NCBI GenBank assembly: GCA_037440085.1
Contig: JBBIUT010000002.1
Span: 7,337-71,336, forward strand
Reading direction: 5' to 3'
DNA from: Gammaproteobacteria bacterium
Lineage (GTDB): Bacteria > Pseudomonadota > Gammaproteobacteria > Steroidobacterales > Steroidobacteraceae
Length of the DNA stretch: 64,000 bases
Position numbers and translations under genes: made by a program. The notes beneath the pieces are model-generated. The model saw nothing but the letters and a program-made list of their open reading frames with translations, was not told the DNA's origin and did not search any database. Shown one piece after another: positions 26,822 through 37,570 of the stretch (within the stretch, counting starts at the first letter, position 1; every line of letters starts with the position of its first letter).

Positions 26822-28280
26822 GATTCTCTTCAATGCGAGCATCCACGAAGCACGCGCCGCGGTGGTCGAGAACGGCGTGCTGCACGAGGTGTATCTCGAA
26901 CGCGCCAGCCGGCGCGGCCTGATCAGCAATATCTACAAAGGCCGAGTCTCGCGGGTGCTTCCGGGCATGCAGGCGGCCTTCATCGAGATCGGATTGGAAC
27001 GCACCGCCTTCCTGCATGCCTCCGACATCTTCGATCCGCGGCATGAGGGCACCGGGATCGAGGCGCCGCGCACGGAAAACATCCGGACATTGGTTGCCGA
27101 GGGCAACGAAATTCTGGTGCAAGTCGTCAAGGACCCGCTGGGGACCAAGGGCGCACGGCTTACCACGTACATTACGCTGCCCTCGCGCCACCTGGTGTAC
27201 ATGCCTCAGGGGCGCGGCGTGGGCGTTTCGGCACGCGTCGAGGATGAACGCGAGCGCGAGCGCCTGCGCGCCGCGGTGCGCGCCGGTCTGGAGCCCGATG
27301 AGAACGCCGGATTCATCGTGCGTACGGCGGCCGAAGACGCACCGCCCGAAGCGTTGCGCGCCGACATGATTTATTTGCGCAAGCTATGGGAATTCGTGCG
27401 CGAAAAGGGCCTGCGCACCGAGCCGGGGCAGCTGGTGCACGCCGATTTGCCGCTGCACCTTCGGATATTGCGCGACCTGCTGCGGCCGGACGTGGATCGG
27501 GTGCTGATCGACCATCCGGGCGCATACCGAGAAATGCAGGAGTTCGCGAGCACATTCGTGCCTGATGTGCTGCCGCGCATCGAACTGTACGCTGCAGGGC
27601 GTCCGGTATTCGAACTGCACAACGTCGAGGAGGAGATTCAAAAGGCCCTCGACCGCAAGGTTTCGCTCAAATCGGGCGGCTATCTGATCATCGATCAAAC
27701 GGAGGCGATGACCACGATCGATGTCAACACGGGCGCCTTCGTCGGTCACCGCAATTTGGAGGAGACGATCTTTCGCACCAATTTGGAGGCGGCGATGACC
27801 ATCGCGCGGCAGCTTCGCCTGCGCAATCTCGGCGGCATCATCATCATCGACTTCATCGACATGGAAGAGCCCGAGCATCGCCGGCAAGTGATTCAGGCAT
27901 TGGAGCGGGCGTTGAGCGGCGATCACGTCAAGACCAATATATCGTCCGTTTCGCCGCTCGGCTTGGTGGAAATGACGCGCAAACGGACCCGCGAAAGCCT
28001 GGAACATCTGTTGTGCCAGCCTTGTCCGACCTGCGAAGGGCGGGGTTTCGTCAAGACGGCGGAAACCGTCTGCTACGAGGTGTTCCGGGAGATCGTGCGG
28101 CAAGCGCGCCAATTCGAATGTCAGCAGCTGATGGTGTTGGCGCACCAGGATGTGATCGAACGGCTGCTCGACGAGGAATCATCGGCCTTGGGCGAACTCG
28201 AACTGACCACCGGAAAGCCGATACGCCTGCAAACCGAAGCTCTGTACGCCGTCGACCAGTACGACGTGGTCCTGATGTAA
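26811..28280 (+). CDS. rng: Ribonuclease G
   Basis: S1 domain NIYKGRVSRVLPGMQAAFIEIG plus an RNase E/G catalytic core, 489 aa. It overlaps maf by 11 nt. Confidence 0.9.
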   Translation: MSTEILFNASIHEARAAVVENGVLHEVYLERASRRGLISNIYKGRVSRVLPGMQAAFIEIGLERTAFLHASDIFDPRHEGTGIEAPRTENIRTLVAEGNEILVQVVKDPLGTKGARLTTYITLPSRHLVYMPQGRGVGVSARVEDERERERLRAAVRAGLEPDENAGFIVRTAAEDAPPEALRADMIYLRKLWEFVREKGLRTEPGQLVHADLPLHLRILRDLLRPDVDRVLIDHPGAYREMQEFASTFVPDVLPRIELYAAGRPVFELHNVEEEIQKALDRKVSLKSGGYLIIDQTEAMTTIDVNTGAFVGHRNLEETIFRTNLEAAMTIARQLRLRNLGGIIIIDFIDMEEPEHRRQVIQALERALSGDHVKTNISSVSPLGLVEMTRKRTRESLEHLLCQPCPTCEGRGFVKTAETVCYEVFREIVRQARQFECQQLMVLAHQDVIERLLDEESSALGELELTTGKPIRLQTEALYAVDQYDVVLM

Positions 28281-31200
28281 ATGAGTCCGCGTAGAGTCGG
28301 AAAAATTCTGCTGTTCGGCATCGCGGGATCGCTCATCACGGTGCTGGTGCTGATGCTGGCGGTCAAGCTCGCGATCGATAGCGCGCCGCGCAATCAGGCC
28401 GAGATCAAGCAATGGGTGCACGAGCGGATCGGTTACAACATCGCCTTTGCGCACGTGTCGCCGGCGTTTCGCTGGTACGGTCCGGAATTGTACTTCGATC
28501 AAATGGAGTTGCGTTCGAAGGACAATGAGCGGGTTCTGGCGCGGGCCGCCGGGGGCCGGGTCGGCGCCGACCTTTGGCAGTTCCTGCGCGGCGGCAAGCT
28601 GTTCGCGCTGCGCATCGAACTCGATTCGCCCGATATCCTCATCGCGCGCGTCGGTCCGAACACGTTTGCCCTCGGCTCGGAGATCGTGCTGGGCGGCGAT
28701 GATTCCGCCTGGTCCGCGCTCGCGCTCAACGATTTGCCGGCCGGAACGCTCGCTGTTCGCCAGGGCCGCGTGACCATACAAGATTGGAATTCGGCGTTGC
28801 CGCACCTCGAGTTGAACTCGGTCAAGCTGGATTTGCACCGCGGCTCCGACCTGATCGCGCTCAAGGTGGCGGCGCAGCTGCCGGCTGCGCTCGGCGGCAA
28901 CCTGAATTTCGACGGGACGGCGACCGGCGCCGGCCGACTCGACGCCTTGGATTGGCAATTCGAGGCGAGCGCGCGCGGCATATCGTTTCCGGGCTGGCGC
29001 GAATTCCTGCCCGAGTATCTGACGCGCCTCGATGCGGGCAGCGGCGCCTTCGCGATCCGGGGGGGCGGCCGGGGAGCCTCGCTCGCGAACGCGGGCCTGG
29101 ATTTCAGCGCGCAAGGCGTGGTCGCCAAGCTCACCGACGGTCCCAGCGCGACATTCACCCAGATCAGCGGGATCTTGAGCCTGACTCACGCGGACGATCG
29201 CTGGACGGTGAGCGGCCGGCGCGTACGCGCGCTCGCCGCGGGCCGTCAAGATCCGGATTCGGAGTTCGATGTGAATTGGCGCGCCGACGAATCGGGCTTG
29301 CTGGAACTGCGGGCCGGCGCGAGTTACCTGCGCGCCGAGGCGCTGCTGCCGCTCGCCGGGCTCATGCCGCAAAAGGAACTGCGCGACAGGCTGCGCGATC
29401 TTGCCCCCACTGGCCAGTGGACGGATTTGCAGGTTCAGCTGGCGCGCGGCACCGTCAATGATCCCTGGCAATTGCAGACCCACGCGAAATTCCGCGAGGT
29501 GGGTTTCGCGCCGCTCGGCCGCGCACCGGGTGTGCGCGGATTGAGCGGCGTGCTCGCCGGCGATGCTAACAGCGGCCGCCTGGAAATCGACACGCAGAGC
29601 GCCGTGTTCCACTGGCCGAGCCAGCTTTCCCAACCGGTCAATCTGACCAAATTCAAGACGACGCTGTATTGGAAGCGCACCCCGCAGGAGTTCCTGGCGG
29701 CAACGCAGGATCTCGAGATGGTGGTTCGCGACGTGAGCATTCATGGCAAGGCAGCCTGGCAACAGCCAAGCGACGGCAGCTCGCCCATTTTGACCCTCGC
29801 GAGCACAATGGACAACGGCAACGTGACCGATGCGCACCTGTATTTCCCGCGCGGACTCATCGCGCCGGCCGCGCTCGCGTGGCTCGACCGGGCGTTCATC
29901 GCCGGCCGCGTGCCGCATGCGGAGGTGGTTTTCAAAGGTCCGGTACGGCAATTTCCGTTTCATGACGGCGGCGGGCTGTTTCTGGCGCGATGCAATGTCG
30001 TCGGTGTGACGCTGGATTATCAGGACGGTTGGTCGCGCATTGAGAATCTCACCGGCCAGGCGGAATTTCGCAACGAGGGCATGACCGCGCGGTTCACCAG
30101 CGCCCGCACCGGCGGAATCACCCTGGATTCAGCGGATGCGCGCTTCGCCGACCTGCGCAGCGGCGAGCTCAACGTGCACGCGGCGGTTCACGGCGATGCG
30201 AGCGGTGCGCTGCAGTACCTGCGCGCCACCCCGCTCGATGCGATGGCGGAGAACGGCTTTTCCACGACCCAGGCCAAGGGGGCGCTCAGCGCCGACGTGA
30301 ATTTGTTCCTGCCGTTCAGAGAATTCGATCACCGGCGCGTGCTGGTGCATGTGAAATTGAACGACGTGACGCTGAGCCGTCCCGGTTCGTCGCTGGCCGC
30401 GACCGAATTGACGGGCGAGGCCGACATCGACGGCGCGCAGGTGGCCCGCGCCGACATTCGCGGCCGGGTACTCGGCGGCGCATTCCAGATGACGGCCCGC
30501 GCGCCGCGCAATCGACCGGTGAGCCGCACTCAACTGGAGTTTCGCGGCACCTTCGGCGGCGACGCGCTGCGCGCGGCGCTGTCGCTGCCCGCGAACGTCG
30601 CCATCGGCGGTCAGGCGGACTGGCACGGCGTCCTCAAGATGGTGCCGGAGCCGGCGCGCGAACGCTCGCTGCGCATCGCGAGCACGCTCGCCGGGATCGA
30701 ACTCGGACTCCCCGCGCCGCTGGCAAAGCGCGCCGAAGACTCCCTGCCGGCTTCGGTCGACACCCAATGGCCCGCTGGCGGCGCAGTGCAGGTGCGCGTG
30801 GCCGTGGGATCGGTGCTGCGCGCTGCATTGAACCTGCAGTCCGATGCGTCCGGGATGCGGCTCGATCGCGCCGCTCTCGAGTTCGGTACCGCCGAGCCCG
30901 TGTTCAGCGACAGCCAGATCGTCAATGTGGGCGGCAATATCGAGAAGTTGGATCTGGCCGGATGGCTGAAACTCGGCAGCCCCGCCGCGGGGGCGAAGCC
31001 GCTGGGATCCTATATGCGCTCCGCCAAGTTCGACGTGGGACAGCTCGATTATCTTGGTTTTTCGTTTCTCAACATCGCCGTGAACCTGGGGCAGAGCGAT
31101 TCCGGCTGGCGCATCTCGATGAGCGGGCCGAACACGGTGGGCGTCATTTCACTGCCGGGGGCCGCGGACCCGGCCGAGCCATGGAATCTTGAATTCAAGC

Positions 31201-32108
31201 GCCTCAAATTCGTCAGCGGGGCGCCCGAGGCTGCCGCGCCGGACGATCAACAACATGCCGCCGATCCGCGCGCGGTCCCGGCAATCAATTTTCACGCGAC
31301 GCAATTGATTTGGGGCGACCGGCAGTTGGGCGAGGTCCGTGCGGCGCTCATGAAACAGGACGACGGCGTCCGTCTCAAGCAATTGACGGTCACCGGTTCG
31401 ACCTTCGGTGCGCACGCCAAGGGCGAGTGGCTCGGCAAGAATGGCGGCTTGGGCCGCATCGACGGCACGATCACCAGCACCGACGTCGGGGACACGATGA
31501 AACAGCTCGGCTTTGCCGCGGTGATAGAGGCCAAGACCGGGCACCTGGATTTCGACGTGAACTGGATCGGCGCACCCACGGCCGGCGCGCTGCAAGCGGC
31601 CAAGGGGCATGTGCAAGTAGGGCTCGAGAAGGGACAAATCGTCGGTTTGAAGCCCGGCGCGGGGCGGGTCCTCGGTCTTTCCAGCCTGGCGGAGCTGCCG
31701 CGGCGATTGGCGCTCGATTTCAGCGATTTGACCGACAAAGGCTTTTCGTTCGATAACATTCGCGGCGATTTCGACCTGCATGACGGCAGCGCGTACACGG
31801 ACAACGTGCTGGTGAAGGGGCCTGCCGCCGAAATCGGCCTGATTGGCAGAGTCGGCTTGAAAAACGAGGATTACGACCAAACTGCGGTGGTGACGGGCAA
31901 CCTCGGAAGCAGCTCGCTGTCGTTGGCCGGATTTGCGGGCGGGCCGGTCATCGGAGCGGCGGTGGTACTGTTCACGCAAGTGTTCAAACAACCGCTGAGC
32001 GGTCTGGCGCGAGGGTATTATCGGATTACGGGAACTTGGGATAATCCCACGGTCGAACGAATCAAGAGTGCGGAAGCCGCCACCGCGACCGCAGAGGCGC
32101 CGAAATAA
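28281..32108 (+). CDS. yhdP: YhdP family (AsmA-like) large envelope protein
   Basis: 1275 aa with an N-terminal TM anchor. It lies immediately after rng, as E. coli yhdP does. No enzyme motifs were seen. Confidence 0.8.
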   Translation: MSPRRVGKILLFGIAGSLITVLVLMLAVKLAIDSAPRNQAEIKQWVHERIGYNIAFAHVSPAFRWYGPELYFDQMELRSKDNERVLARAAGGRVGADLWQFLRGGKLFALRIELDSPDILIARVGPNTFALGSEIVLGGDDSAWSALALNDLPAGTLAVRQGRVTIQDWNSALPHLELNSVKLDLHRGSDLIALKVAAQLPAALGGNLNFDGTATGAGRLDALDWQFEASARGISFPGWREFLPEYLTRLDAGSGAFAIRGGGRGASLANAGLDFSAQGVVAKLTDGPSATFTQISGILSLTHADDRWTVSGRRVRALAAGRQDPDSEFDVNWRADESGLLELRAGASYLRAEALLPLAGLMPQKELRDRLRDLAPTGQWTDLQVQLARGTVNDPWQLQTHAKFREVGFAPLGRAPGVRGLSGVLAGDANSGRLEIDTQSAVFHWPSQLSQPVNLTKFKTTLYWKRTPQEFLAATQDLEMVVRDVSIHGKAAWQQPSDGSSPILTLASTMDNGNVTDAHLYFPRGLIAPAALAWLDRAFIAGRVPHAEVVFKGPVRQFPFHDGGGLFLARCNVVGVTLDYQDGWSRIENLTGQAEFRNEGMTARFTSARTGGITLDSADARFADLRSGELNVHAAVHGDASGALQYLRATPLDAMAENGFSTTQAKGALSADVNLFLPFREFDHRRVLVHVKLNDVTLSRPGSSLAATELTGEADIDGAQVARADIRGRVLGGAFQMTARAPRNRPVSRTQLEFRGTFGGDALRAALSLPANVAIGGQADWHGVLKMVPEPARERSLRIASTLAGIELGLPAPLAKRAEDSLPASVDTQWPAGGAVQVRVAVGSVLRAALNLQSDASGMRLDRAALEFGTAEPVFSDSQIVNVGGNIEKLDLAGWLKLGSPAAGAKPLGSYMRSAKFDVGQLDYLGFSFLNIAVNLGQSDSGWRISMSGPNTVGVISLPGAADPAEPWNLEFKRLKFVSGAPEAAAPDDQQHAADPRAVPAINFHATQLIWGDRQLGEVRAALMKQDDGVRLKQLTVTGSTFGAHAKGEWLGKNGGLGRIDGTITSTDVGDTMKQLGFAAVIEAKTGHLDFDVNWIGAPTAGALQAAKGHVQVGLEKGQIVGLKPGAGRVLGLSSLAELPRRLALDFSDLTDKGFSFDNIRGDFDLHDGSAYTDNVLVKGPAAEIGLIGRVGLKNEDYDQTAVVTGNLGSSSLSLAGFAGGPVIGAAVVLFTQVFKQPLSGLARGYYRITGTWDNPTVERIKSAEAATATAEAPK

Positions 32109-32947
32109 TGAGCATCGTAGCTGCCATTCAAATGACCTCGAGTCACGTGGTCGCAGACAATCTGCAGGCCGCGGGCGCGTTGCTGCGCGAGGCCAAGTCG
32201 CTGGGGGCCGAGGTCGCCTGCCTGCCGGAGAATTTTTCCTTTATCGGCCTGCGTGACGCCGACAAGCTGCAGGTGGCCGAAGCCGACGGCGACGGGCCGG
32301 TGCAGGCATTTCTCAGCGACACGGCGCGGCAGCTGAAGTTGTGGATCTTGGGCGGCAGTACCGTCATCAAGGGCGACTCCGCGGATCGGGTGGCCAATGC
32401 CTCCTTGTTGTTCGATGCCGACGGCAGGCGCGTCGCGCGCTACGATAAAATCCACCTGTTCGACGTGACCATTCCGGGGCGCAACGAGCGGTACTTGGAA
32501 TCCGCGCATGTGACGCCGGGTCGCGCCTCGGCGGTTGCGGACACGCCGGCCGGAAGGCTCGGGCTGTCGGTGTGTTACGACATGCGCTTTCCCGAACTGT
32601 ACCGGGACCTCGTCGCCCAGGGCGCCGAGTGGCTGGCAATACCGGCGGCGTTCACGGTGCCGACCGGACGCGCGCACTGGGAGACGCTGCTGCGCGCACG
32701 CGCGATCGAAAATCTGTGCTACGTGGTGGCGCCCGCCCAGAGCGGCACGCATACGAGCGGCCGGGAAACCTATGGCGATACGTTGATCGTCAATTATTGG
32801 GGCGAGCTGCTCGCGCGCCTGCCAAAGGGTGCTGGAGTGATCACAGCGGAGCTCGATCGGACCAAACTCGCGGAGACCCGGGCGCGCTTTCCGGCGCTCG
32901 ATAATCGTCGGCTCGGATTGCCCGACGTCGCGGCCGGGCAGCCATGA
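32108..32947 (+). CDS. Carbon-nitrogen hydrolase (nitrilase superfamily, omega-amidase-like)
   Basis: Motifs CLPENF, an HLFD region and the catalytic Cys context [12 protein letters not shown] are present. Confidence 0.85.
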   Translation: MSIVAAIQMTSSHVVADNLQAAGALLREAKSLGAEVACLPENFSFIGLRDADKLQVAEADGDGPVQAFLSDTARQLKLWILGGSTVIKGDSADRVANASLLFDADGRRVARYDKIHLFDVTIPGRNERYLESAHVTPGRASAVADTPAGRLGLSVCYDMRFPELYRDLVAQGAEWLAIPAAFTVPTGRAHWETLLRARAIENLCYVVAPAQSGTHTSGRETYGDTLIVNYWGELLARLPKGAGVITAELDRTKLAETRARFPALDNRRLGLPDVAAGQP

Positions 32948-34389
32948 GCGCCGCACCTTCGCTCGATGTCGCGGAGAGAATGATCCTCACCCCGTCGGGG
33001 CTGGATGAAGGCCGCCTGTCTTCGGTGCTCGGCAAGGTGATGAGCCGGGGCGTGGACTATGCCGATTTGTATTTCCAGCTGTCACGCGAGGAATCGTGGT
33101 CGCTCGAGGACGGCATCGTCAAGGAAGGCTCCCACAGCATCGAGCAGGGCGTCGGGGTGCGTGCGATCAGCGGCGAGAAGACCGGCTTTGCCTATACGGA
33201 CGAAGTTTTCCTGCCGGCGCTGGTGGAAGCATCCGATGCGGCGCGCGCCATCGCGCGCAGCGGCGGGAGCGGTTCGGTCAGGGCGTGGGAGCGGCCGCTC
33301 ACGCACCGGCTGTACTTGCCGGTGGACCCGCTCGATGCCATGCGCGACGAGGACAAGGTCGATTGGCTGATGCGCATCGACGCGCAAACGCGGCGCATCG
33401 ATCCGCGGGTCAAGCAGGTGATGGCCTCCTTGGCGGCGGTGCACGAGGTGGTCTTGGTCGCCTCGAGCGACGGTACCTTGACGGCCGACGTACGGCCGCT
33501 GGTGCGGATCAACGTGTCCGTCATCGTCGAACAAAATGGCCGGCGCGAACAGGGATACAGCGGCGGCGGCGGACGCTTCGGCCTGGATGAATTGTTGCGC
33601 GGCGATGAGCCGTTCGGCTACGGGCGCGAGGCGGTGCGCCAGGCGCTGGTGAATCTCGAGGCGGTGGCGGCGCCGGCCGGCTCGATGACCGTTGTGCTGG
33701 GAGCCGGCTGGCCGGGCATTTTGCTGCACGAGGCCATCGGGCATGGATTGGAGGGAGACTTCAATCGAAAGGGCACCTCCGCGTTCTCCAATCGTATCGG
33801 CCAGAAGGTCGCCGCCGCCGAAATCACCGTGGTGGACGACGGCACGCTCGATCGGCGGCGCGGCTCACTGAACGTGGACGATGAAGGCACCCCGACCCAG
33901 TGCACCGTGCTCATCGAAAACGGCGTGCTGCGGGGCTACCTCCAGGACAAGCTGAACGCGCGCCTGATGGGCATGGCGCCGACCGGCAACGGCCGGCGCG
34001 AGTCCTTTGCGCACATGACCTTGCCGCGTATGACGAACACCTACATGCGTGCCGGCGCGCACGCGCCGCAGGAGATCATCGCATCCGTCGAGAAGGGGTT
34101 GTATGCGGTGAATTTCGGCGGCGGCCAGGTGGATATCACGTCGGGAAAGTTCGTGTTCTCGGCGAGCGAGGCCTATTTGATCCAGAACGGCAAGATCGGG
34201 GCGCCGGTGAAGGGCGCGACTTTGATCGGCAACGGTCCGGATGTACTGACCCGCGTCAGCATGGCGGGCAACGACATGCGGCTCGACGCCGGAGTCGGGA
34301 CCTGCGGCAAGGAAGGTCAATCGGTGCCTGTCGGAGTAGGGCAACCCACTCTGCGCATCGATGCGCTCACGGTGGGCGGCACCGGCTAG
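32944..34389 (+). CDS. tldD: Metalloprotease TldD
   Basis: 481 aa with the HEAIGHGLE zinc motif. Its start overlaps the stop of the preceding gene. Confidence 0.9.
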   Translation: MSAAPSLDVAERMILTPSGLDEGRLSSVLGKVMSRGVDYADLYFQLSREESWSLEDGIVKEGSHSIEQGVGVRAISGEKTGFAYTDEVFLPALVEASDAARAIARSGGSGSVRAWERPLTHRLYLPVDPLDAMRDEDKVDWLMRIDAQTRRIDPRVKQVMASLAAVHEVVLVASSDGTLTADVRPLVRINVSVIVEQNGRREQGYSGGGGRFGLDELLRGDEPFGYGREAVRQALVNLEAVAAPAGSMTVVLGAGWPGILLHEAIGHGLEGDFNRKGTSAFSNRIGQKVAAAEITVVDDGTLDRRRGSLNVDDEGTPTQCTVLIENGVLRGYLQDKLNARLMGMAPTGNGRRESFAHMTLPRMTNTYMRAGAHAPQEIIASVEKGLYAVNFGGGQVDITSGKFVFSASEAYLIQNGKIGAPVKGATLIGNGPDVLTRVSMAGNDMRLDAGVGTCGKEGQSVPVGVGQPTLRIDALTVGGTG

Positions 34390-34628
34390 GCGCGAATCTG
34401 TGCGTTTACATCGTAGTGCGCTCTGTCGCCGGCGCGCCGCCGCGGCCAGAATCATCGCGTGGCCCCTCAAGGACGAGGGTTCGCCGGGGATCGACTCGCG
34501 ACGAATGGGCGGGATGCTTGCCGCAGCGCGGGCGGGATGCTCATGACTGCGAGCGTCTTGCCCGCGCTTTCAGTCCCGCTGCCGGTATGCTACATATCGT
34601 CCCCACCCGCCGTATCGGAGACTCAGCG

Positions 34629-36311
34629 ATGAAATTGTACCGGTTCGCCGCCCTCCTGTGGGGGATGGCGGCAGGATTGATGCCGGTCGCGTGGGCGGCG
34701 GAGGATCCGGCGACGCAACTCGGGTTTTCCCGCCCCGTCGCGGCGGCGATGCACGGGATCGATTCTGAACGCATGCGCGCGCACGTGCGATTCCTCGCCG
34801 ACGACCTGCTCGAGGGGCGCGGTACGGGCGCGCGCGGCGGGGAGATCGCCGCACTGTATATCGCCACCCAGTTCGCGCTGGATGGCCTGAAGCCGGCAGG
34901 GGACAACGGCACGTTTTTTCAAGAGGTGAATCTCTCGGGGGTGCAGACCCTGCCCGCGACGACGGCTTCCTTCAAGCCGGCGCACGGCGCGACGCTGGAT
35001 CTGAAATTAGGGGAGGACTACGTCGCCGGCAATCAAACCCTGACCGAGAGCGTCGATGTGGATGCGCCCATCGTTTTCGTCGGTTACGGCATAGAGGCGC
35101 CGGAGTACGGCTGGGACGACTACCAAGGCGTCGACGTCAAGGGCAAGGTGGTTCTGGTGATCGTCAACGAACCGCCGTCGACAGACCCCAAATTCTTCAA
35201 CGGCGAGGCCTTGACCTACTACGGGCGCTGGACCTACAAGTTCGAGGAAGCGGCTCGCAAGGGGGCGCTCGGCGCATTGATCATCCACCGCACGGACCTG
35301 GCCAGCTACGGCTGGCATGTGGTGCGCAGTTCGTGGAGCGGCGAGGAGGCGTATCTGGCCGGCGACCGCGAACCGAAGCTTGCGGCGGCATCTTGGATAC
35401 AGTGGGATGTGGCTCGCCGGTTGTTCGCCGCCTCGGATCTCAATTTGGACGAGATGGTCGCGATGGCTGGGACCCGCAATTTCCGGGCGCGCGAGCTGCC
35501 GGTGCGCTTCAATGCGCACATCGAGAGTCGAGTGCGCCAATTCAAGGCATACAACGTGATGGGTATGGTGCCGGGGACGCAGGCCGGCGCCGTGGCGCAG
35601 GCGGTGGTGTTCACCGCGCATTACGACCATCTCGGCATCGATCCGGCGATGAGCGGCCACAATATCTATAACGGCGCCGTGGACAATGCGACGGGTTGTG
35701 CAATCCTGCTCGAACTCGCGCGCGCTTTCGGCACGCCGGCCACGCGGCCGCCGCATCCGGTGCTGTTCGTCTCGGTCACCGCCGAGGAGAAGGGGCTGCT
35801 TGGATCCGATTATCTCGGCAAGCATCTGCCGATTCCCGCGGCGCAGATTGCGCTTGCGTTGAATTTCGATGCGATAGAGCCGATCGGCATGCCCGAATCC
35901 GTGAGCGTGGTCGGCGCGCAGCGCACCACCTTCTACCCGCTGGTCGAGCGGACCGCGGCGGCGTTCGGCTTCGACATTCAACCGGATCCCGAACCCGGCG
36001 CCGGCCACTACTACCGCTCCGATCATTTCAGTTTGGCCCGCTTGGGCGTACCTGGGTTCTCCATCGGCACGGGGATCAAGTTCGCCGGGCACCCCGCGGA
36101 ATGGGGCAAGGCGCAGCGCGCCGAGTACACCGCCCGGCGTTATCACCAACCGAGCGATGCATACACACCGGAGATGGATTTTTCCACCGACGCCTCGCTC
36201 GGCAGGTTCGGCTTTGCGCTCGGCTGGGAGGCATTGATCGCGAAGCAGCGGTTGAATTGGTTGCCGGGCGATGAGTTCGAGGCCAAGCGGCTGCAGGGTA
36301 TGCGGCAATGA
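34629..36311 (+). CDS. Secreted M28 family aminopeptidase with PA domain
   Basis: Signal peptide is MKLYRFAALLWGMAAGLMPVAWA. Motifs HYDHLG, NGAVDNATGCA and TAEEKGLLGS are present. Confidence 0.8.
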   Translation: MKLYRFAALLWGMAAGLMPVAWAAEDPATQLGFSRPVAAAMHGIDSERMRAHVRFLADDLLEGRGTGARGGEIAALYIATQFALDGLKPAGDNGTFFQEVNLSGVQTLPATTASFKPAHGATLDLKLGEDYVAGNQTLTESVDVDAPIVFVGYGIEAPEYGWDDYQGVDVKGKVVLVIVNEPPSTDPKFFNGEALTYYGRWTYKFEEAARKGALGALIIHRTDLASYGWHVVRSSWSGEEAYLAGDREPKLAAASWIQWDVARRLFAASDLNLDEMVAMAGTRNFRARELPVRFNAHIESRVRQFKAYNVMGMVPGTQAGAVAQAVVFTAHYDHLGIDPAMSGHNIYNGAVDNATGCAILLELARAFGTPATRPPHPVLFVSVTAEEKGLLGSDYLGKHLPIPAAQIALALNFDAIEPIGMPESVSVVGAQRTTFYPLVERTAAAFGFDIQPDPEPGAGHYYRSDHFSLARLGVPGFSIGTGIKFAGHPAEWGKAQRAEYTARRYHQPSDAYTPEMDFSTDASLGRFGFALGWEALIAKQRLNWLPGDEFEAKRLQGMRQ

Positions 36312-36712
36312 GCCGGGTCGAAGAGGCGCACACCGGCGGCTGCCTCTGCGGCGGTGTCCGCTTCCGCATCCGCGGTTCTCTGCGCGGGGTGATTGCCTGC
36401 CATTGCACGCAATGCCGCAAAACCAGCGGGCACCATGCCGCCATGACCAGCGTGCCGTCCGTTAACTTATCGCTGATCTCCTCTGACCCGTTGACCTGGT
36501 ACAAGTCGTCGGAAACGGCCGAGCGCGGCTTCTGCCGCGTTTGCGGCGGCAATTTGTTTTGGAGGGCGTTCGGCGAGGATACGATCTTCGTTACCGCGGG
36601 AACGCTCGACACGCCGACCAACCTCGCCCTGACCGAGCACATATTCGTCTCCGACAAATCGGACTATTACGGGATCAACGACGATCTACCCAAGAAGGCG
36701 CAGTGGATCTAG
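36308..36712 (+). CDS. GFA (glutathione-dependent formaldehyde-activating/CENP-V) family protein
   Basis: Cys clusters CLCGGVRF, CHCTQCRK and FCRVCGGNL are present. Its ATG overlaps the M28 stop (ATGA). Confidence 0.8.
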   Translation: MSRVEEAHTGGCLCGGVRFRIRGSLRGVIACHCTQCRKTSGHHAAMTSVPSVNLSLISSDPLTWYKSSETAERGFCRVCGGNLFWRAFGEDTIFVTAGTLDTPTNLALTEHIFVSDKSDYYGINDDLPKKAQWI

Positions 36713-36728
36713 GGCGCGTGCGGCGTCG

Positions 36729-36863
36729 CTGACGTACACCGCACCAGGCGACCATGGTCCAGCTGTCCAACGGGATCAGCCGGGTAAGCAGACCTCCCGC
36801 GCTCCAGGCCACCGCCCATCCGGTGACGAGCGGAAATCCCAGGCGATGAGGGGATCTATTCAC
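36729..36863 (-). pseudogene. N-terminal stub of a DMT/EamA-type transporter gene (relic)
   Basis: The translation MNRSPHRLGFPLVTGWAVAWSAGGLLTRLIPLDSWTMVAW looks like the first TM helix and loop of an EamA transporter. It then degenerates into an Arg-rich read-through that runs into the GFA 3' end. Confidence 0.35.
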
Positions 36864-37046
36864 GGAGCCGCGCTGGTATTGCAGGGGCCGCGTATTATGG
36901 CAAAGATATTTCAGCGGCTACGTCGCTTCCTGGCAACGCAGGGGCCGCGAATCGCGGATGGAACACAATAGCGTGCGGCGCGTCGCATCCCGGGCCCCGC
37001 CGATGCCGATACTCTGAGCCGCAGTGTCATCCTCGATGGAGTTTCC

Positions 37047-37211
37047 ATGTCCGACAATTCAGTGACGGGTACGTTTCAGCTCAATCTGCCGAAGGAGCTT
37101 CTGTCGGAGTCGGCGCGCCAGTCGAAGCGCAGCAAAGAGCAGCTGCAGGTCGAGGGTTGGCGCAATTCCTGGTTGTCGCGTCTTTCGGAGCTTCTGGTCG
37201 GCCGGGAATAG
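37047..37211 (+). CDS. Hypothetical 54-aa protein, possibly ribbon-helix-helix-like
   Basis: This ORF is below the 60-aa track cutoff: MSDNSVTGTFQLNLPKELLSESARQSKRSKEQLQVEGWRNSWLSRLSELLVGRE. GGAG lies 6 nt before the ATG. The LPxEL beta-strand to helix pattern is only suggestive. Confidence 0.3.
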   Translation: MSDNSVTGTFQLNLPKELLSESARQSKRSKEQLQVEGWRNSWLSRLSELLVGRE

Positions 37212-37316
37212 ACTGTCCCGCGCGCCGGGGGTCCTTAAACCGGCGACGCCTTAAGTCAAATCGAGCCGCCGACCCGGTGGCTGCGGCATTACCATAGGGC
37301 ATGGAGGTTCGCATCC

Positions 37317-37556
37317 ATGCGTCTCGCTAAACCCGTCTATGAAATCCTGCCGCTGATCTACGTGGTGATCGGCGCACTGGCGATTCTGCTCGTGTATGTC
37401 GATCCCCAGGGTCCATTCGCGTTGATCGCGTTCGGGATTGGATCGCTGGTCGAGATCGCGGCGCTCACCGTGTTCCTGCATCGGCAGGATTGCCGCGCCC
37501 AAAGCCGCGAATATCCGGGCGAGTCCATCGACTTGCCGCCGACTCTCAACCGGTAA
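37317..37556 (+). CDS. Hypothetical 79-aa two-TM membrane protein
   Basis: GGAGG lies 9 nt before the ATG. Two clear hydrophobic helices are present (ILPLIYVVIGALAILLVYV and FALIAFGIGSLVEIAALTVFL). Confidence 0.45.
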   Translation: MRLAKPVYEILPLIYVVIGALAILLVYVDPQGPFALIAFGIGSLVEIAALTVFLHRQDCRAQSREYPGESIDLPPTLNR

Positions 37557-37570
37557 TCCGCCGACGCTCC

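Noticed and set aside
34500-34545. A direct repeat GGGCGGGATGCT x2, 11 nt apart, upstream of the M28 peptidase gene. It was considered as a possible regulator site.
   Set aside because: It is short and GC-rich in a GC-rich genome, and it has no recognisable operator consensus. The evidence is too weak to call.
36846-36971. A 41-codon ORF (MRGSIHGAALVLQGPRIMAKIFQRLRRFLATQGPRIADGTQ) containing a 12-nt direct repeat GCAGGGGCCGCG x2.
   Set aside because: It has no SD and sits in the degenerate zone next to the DMT stub. It is more likely decayed sequence than a gene.
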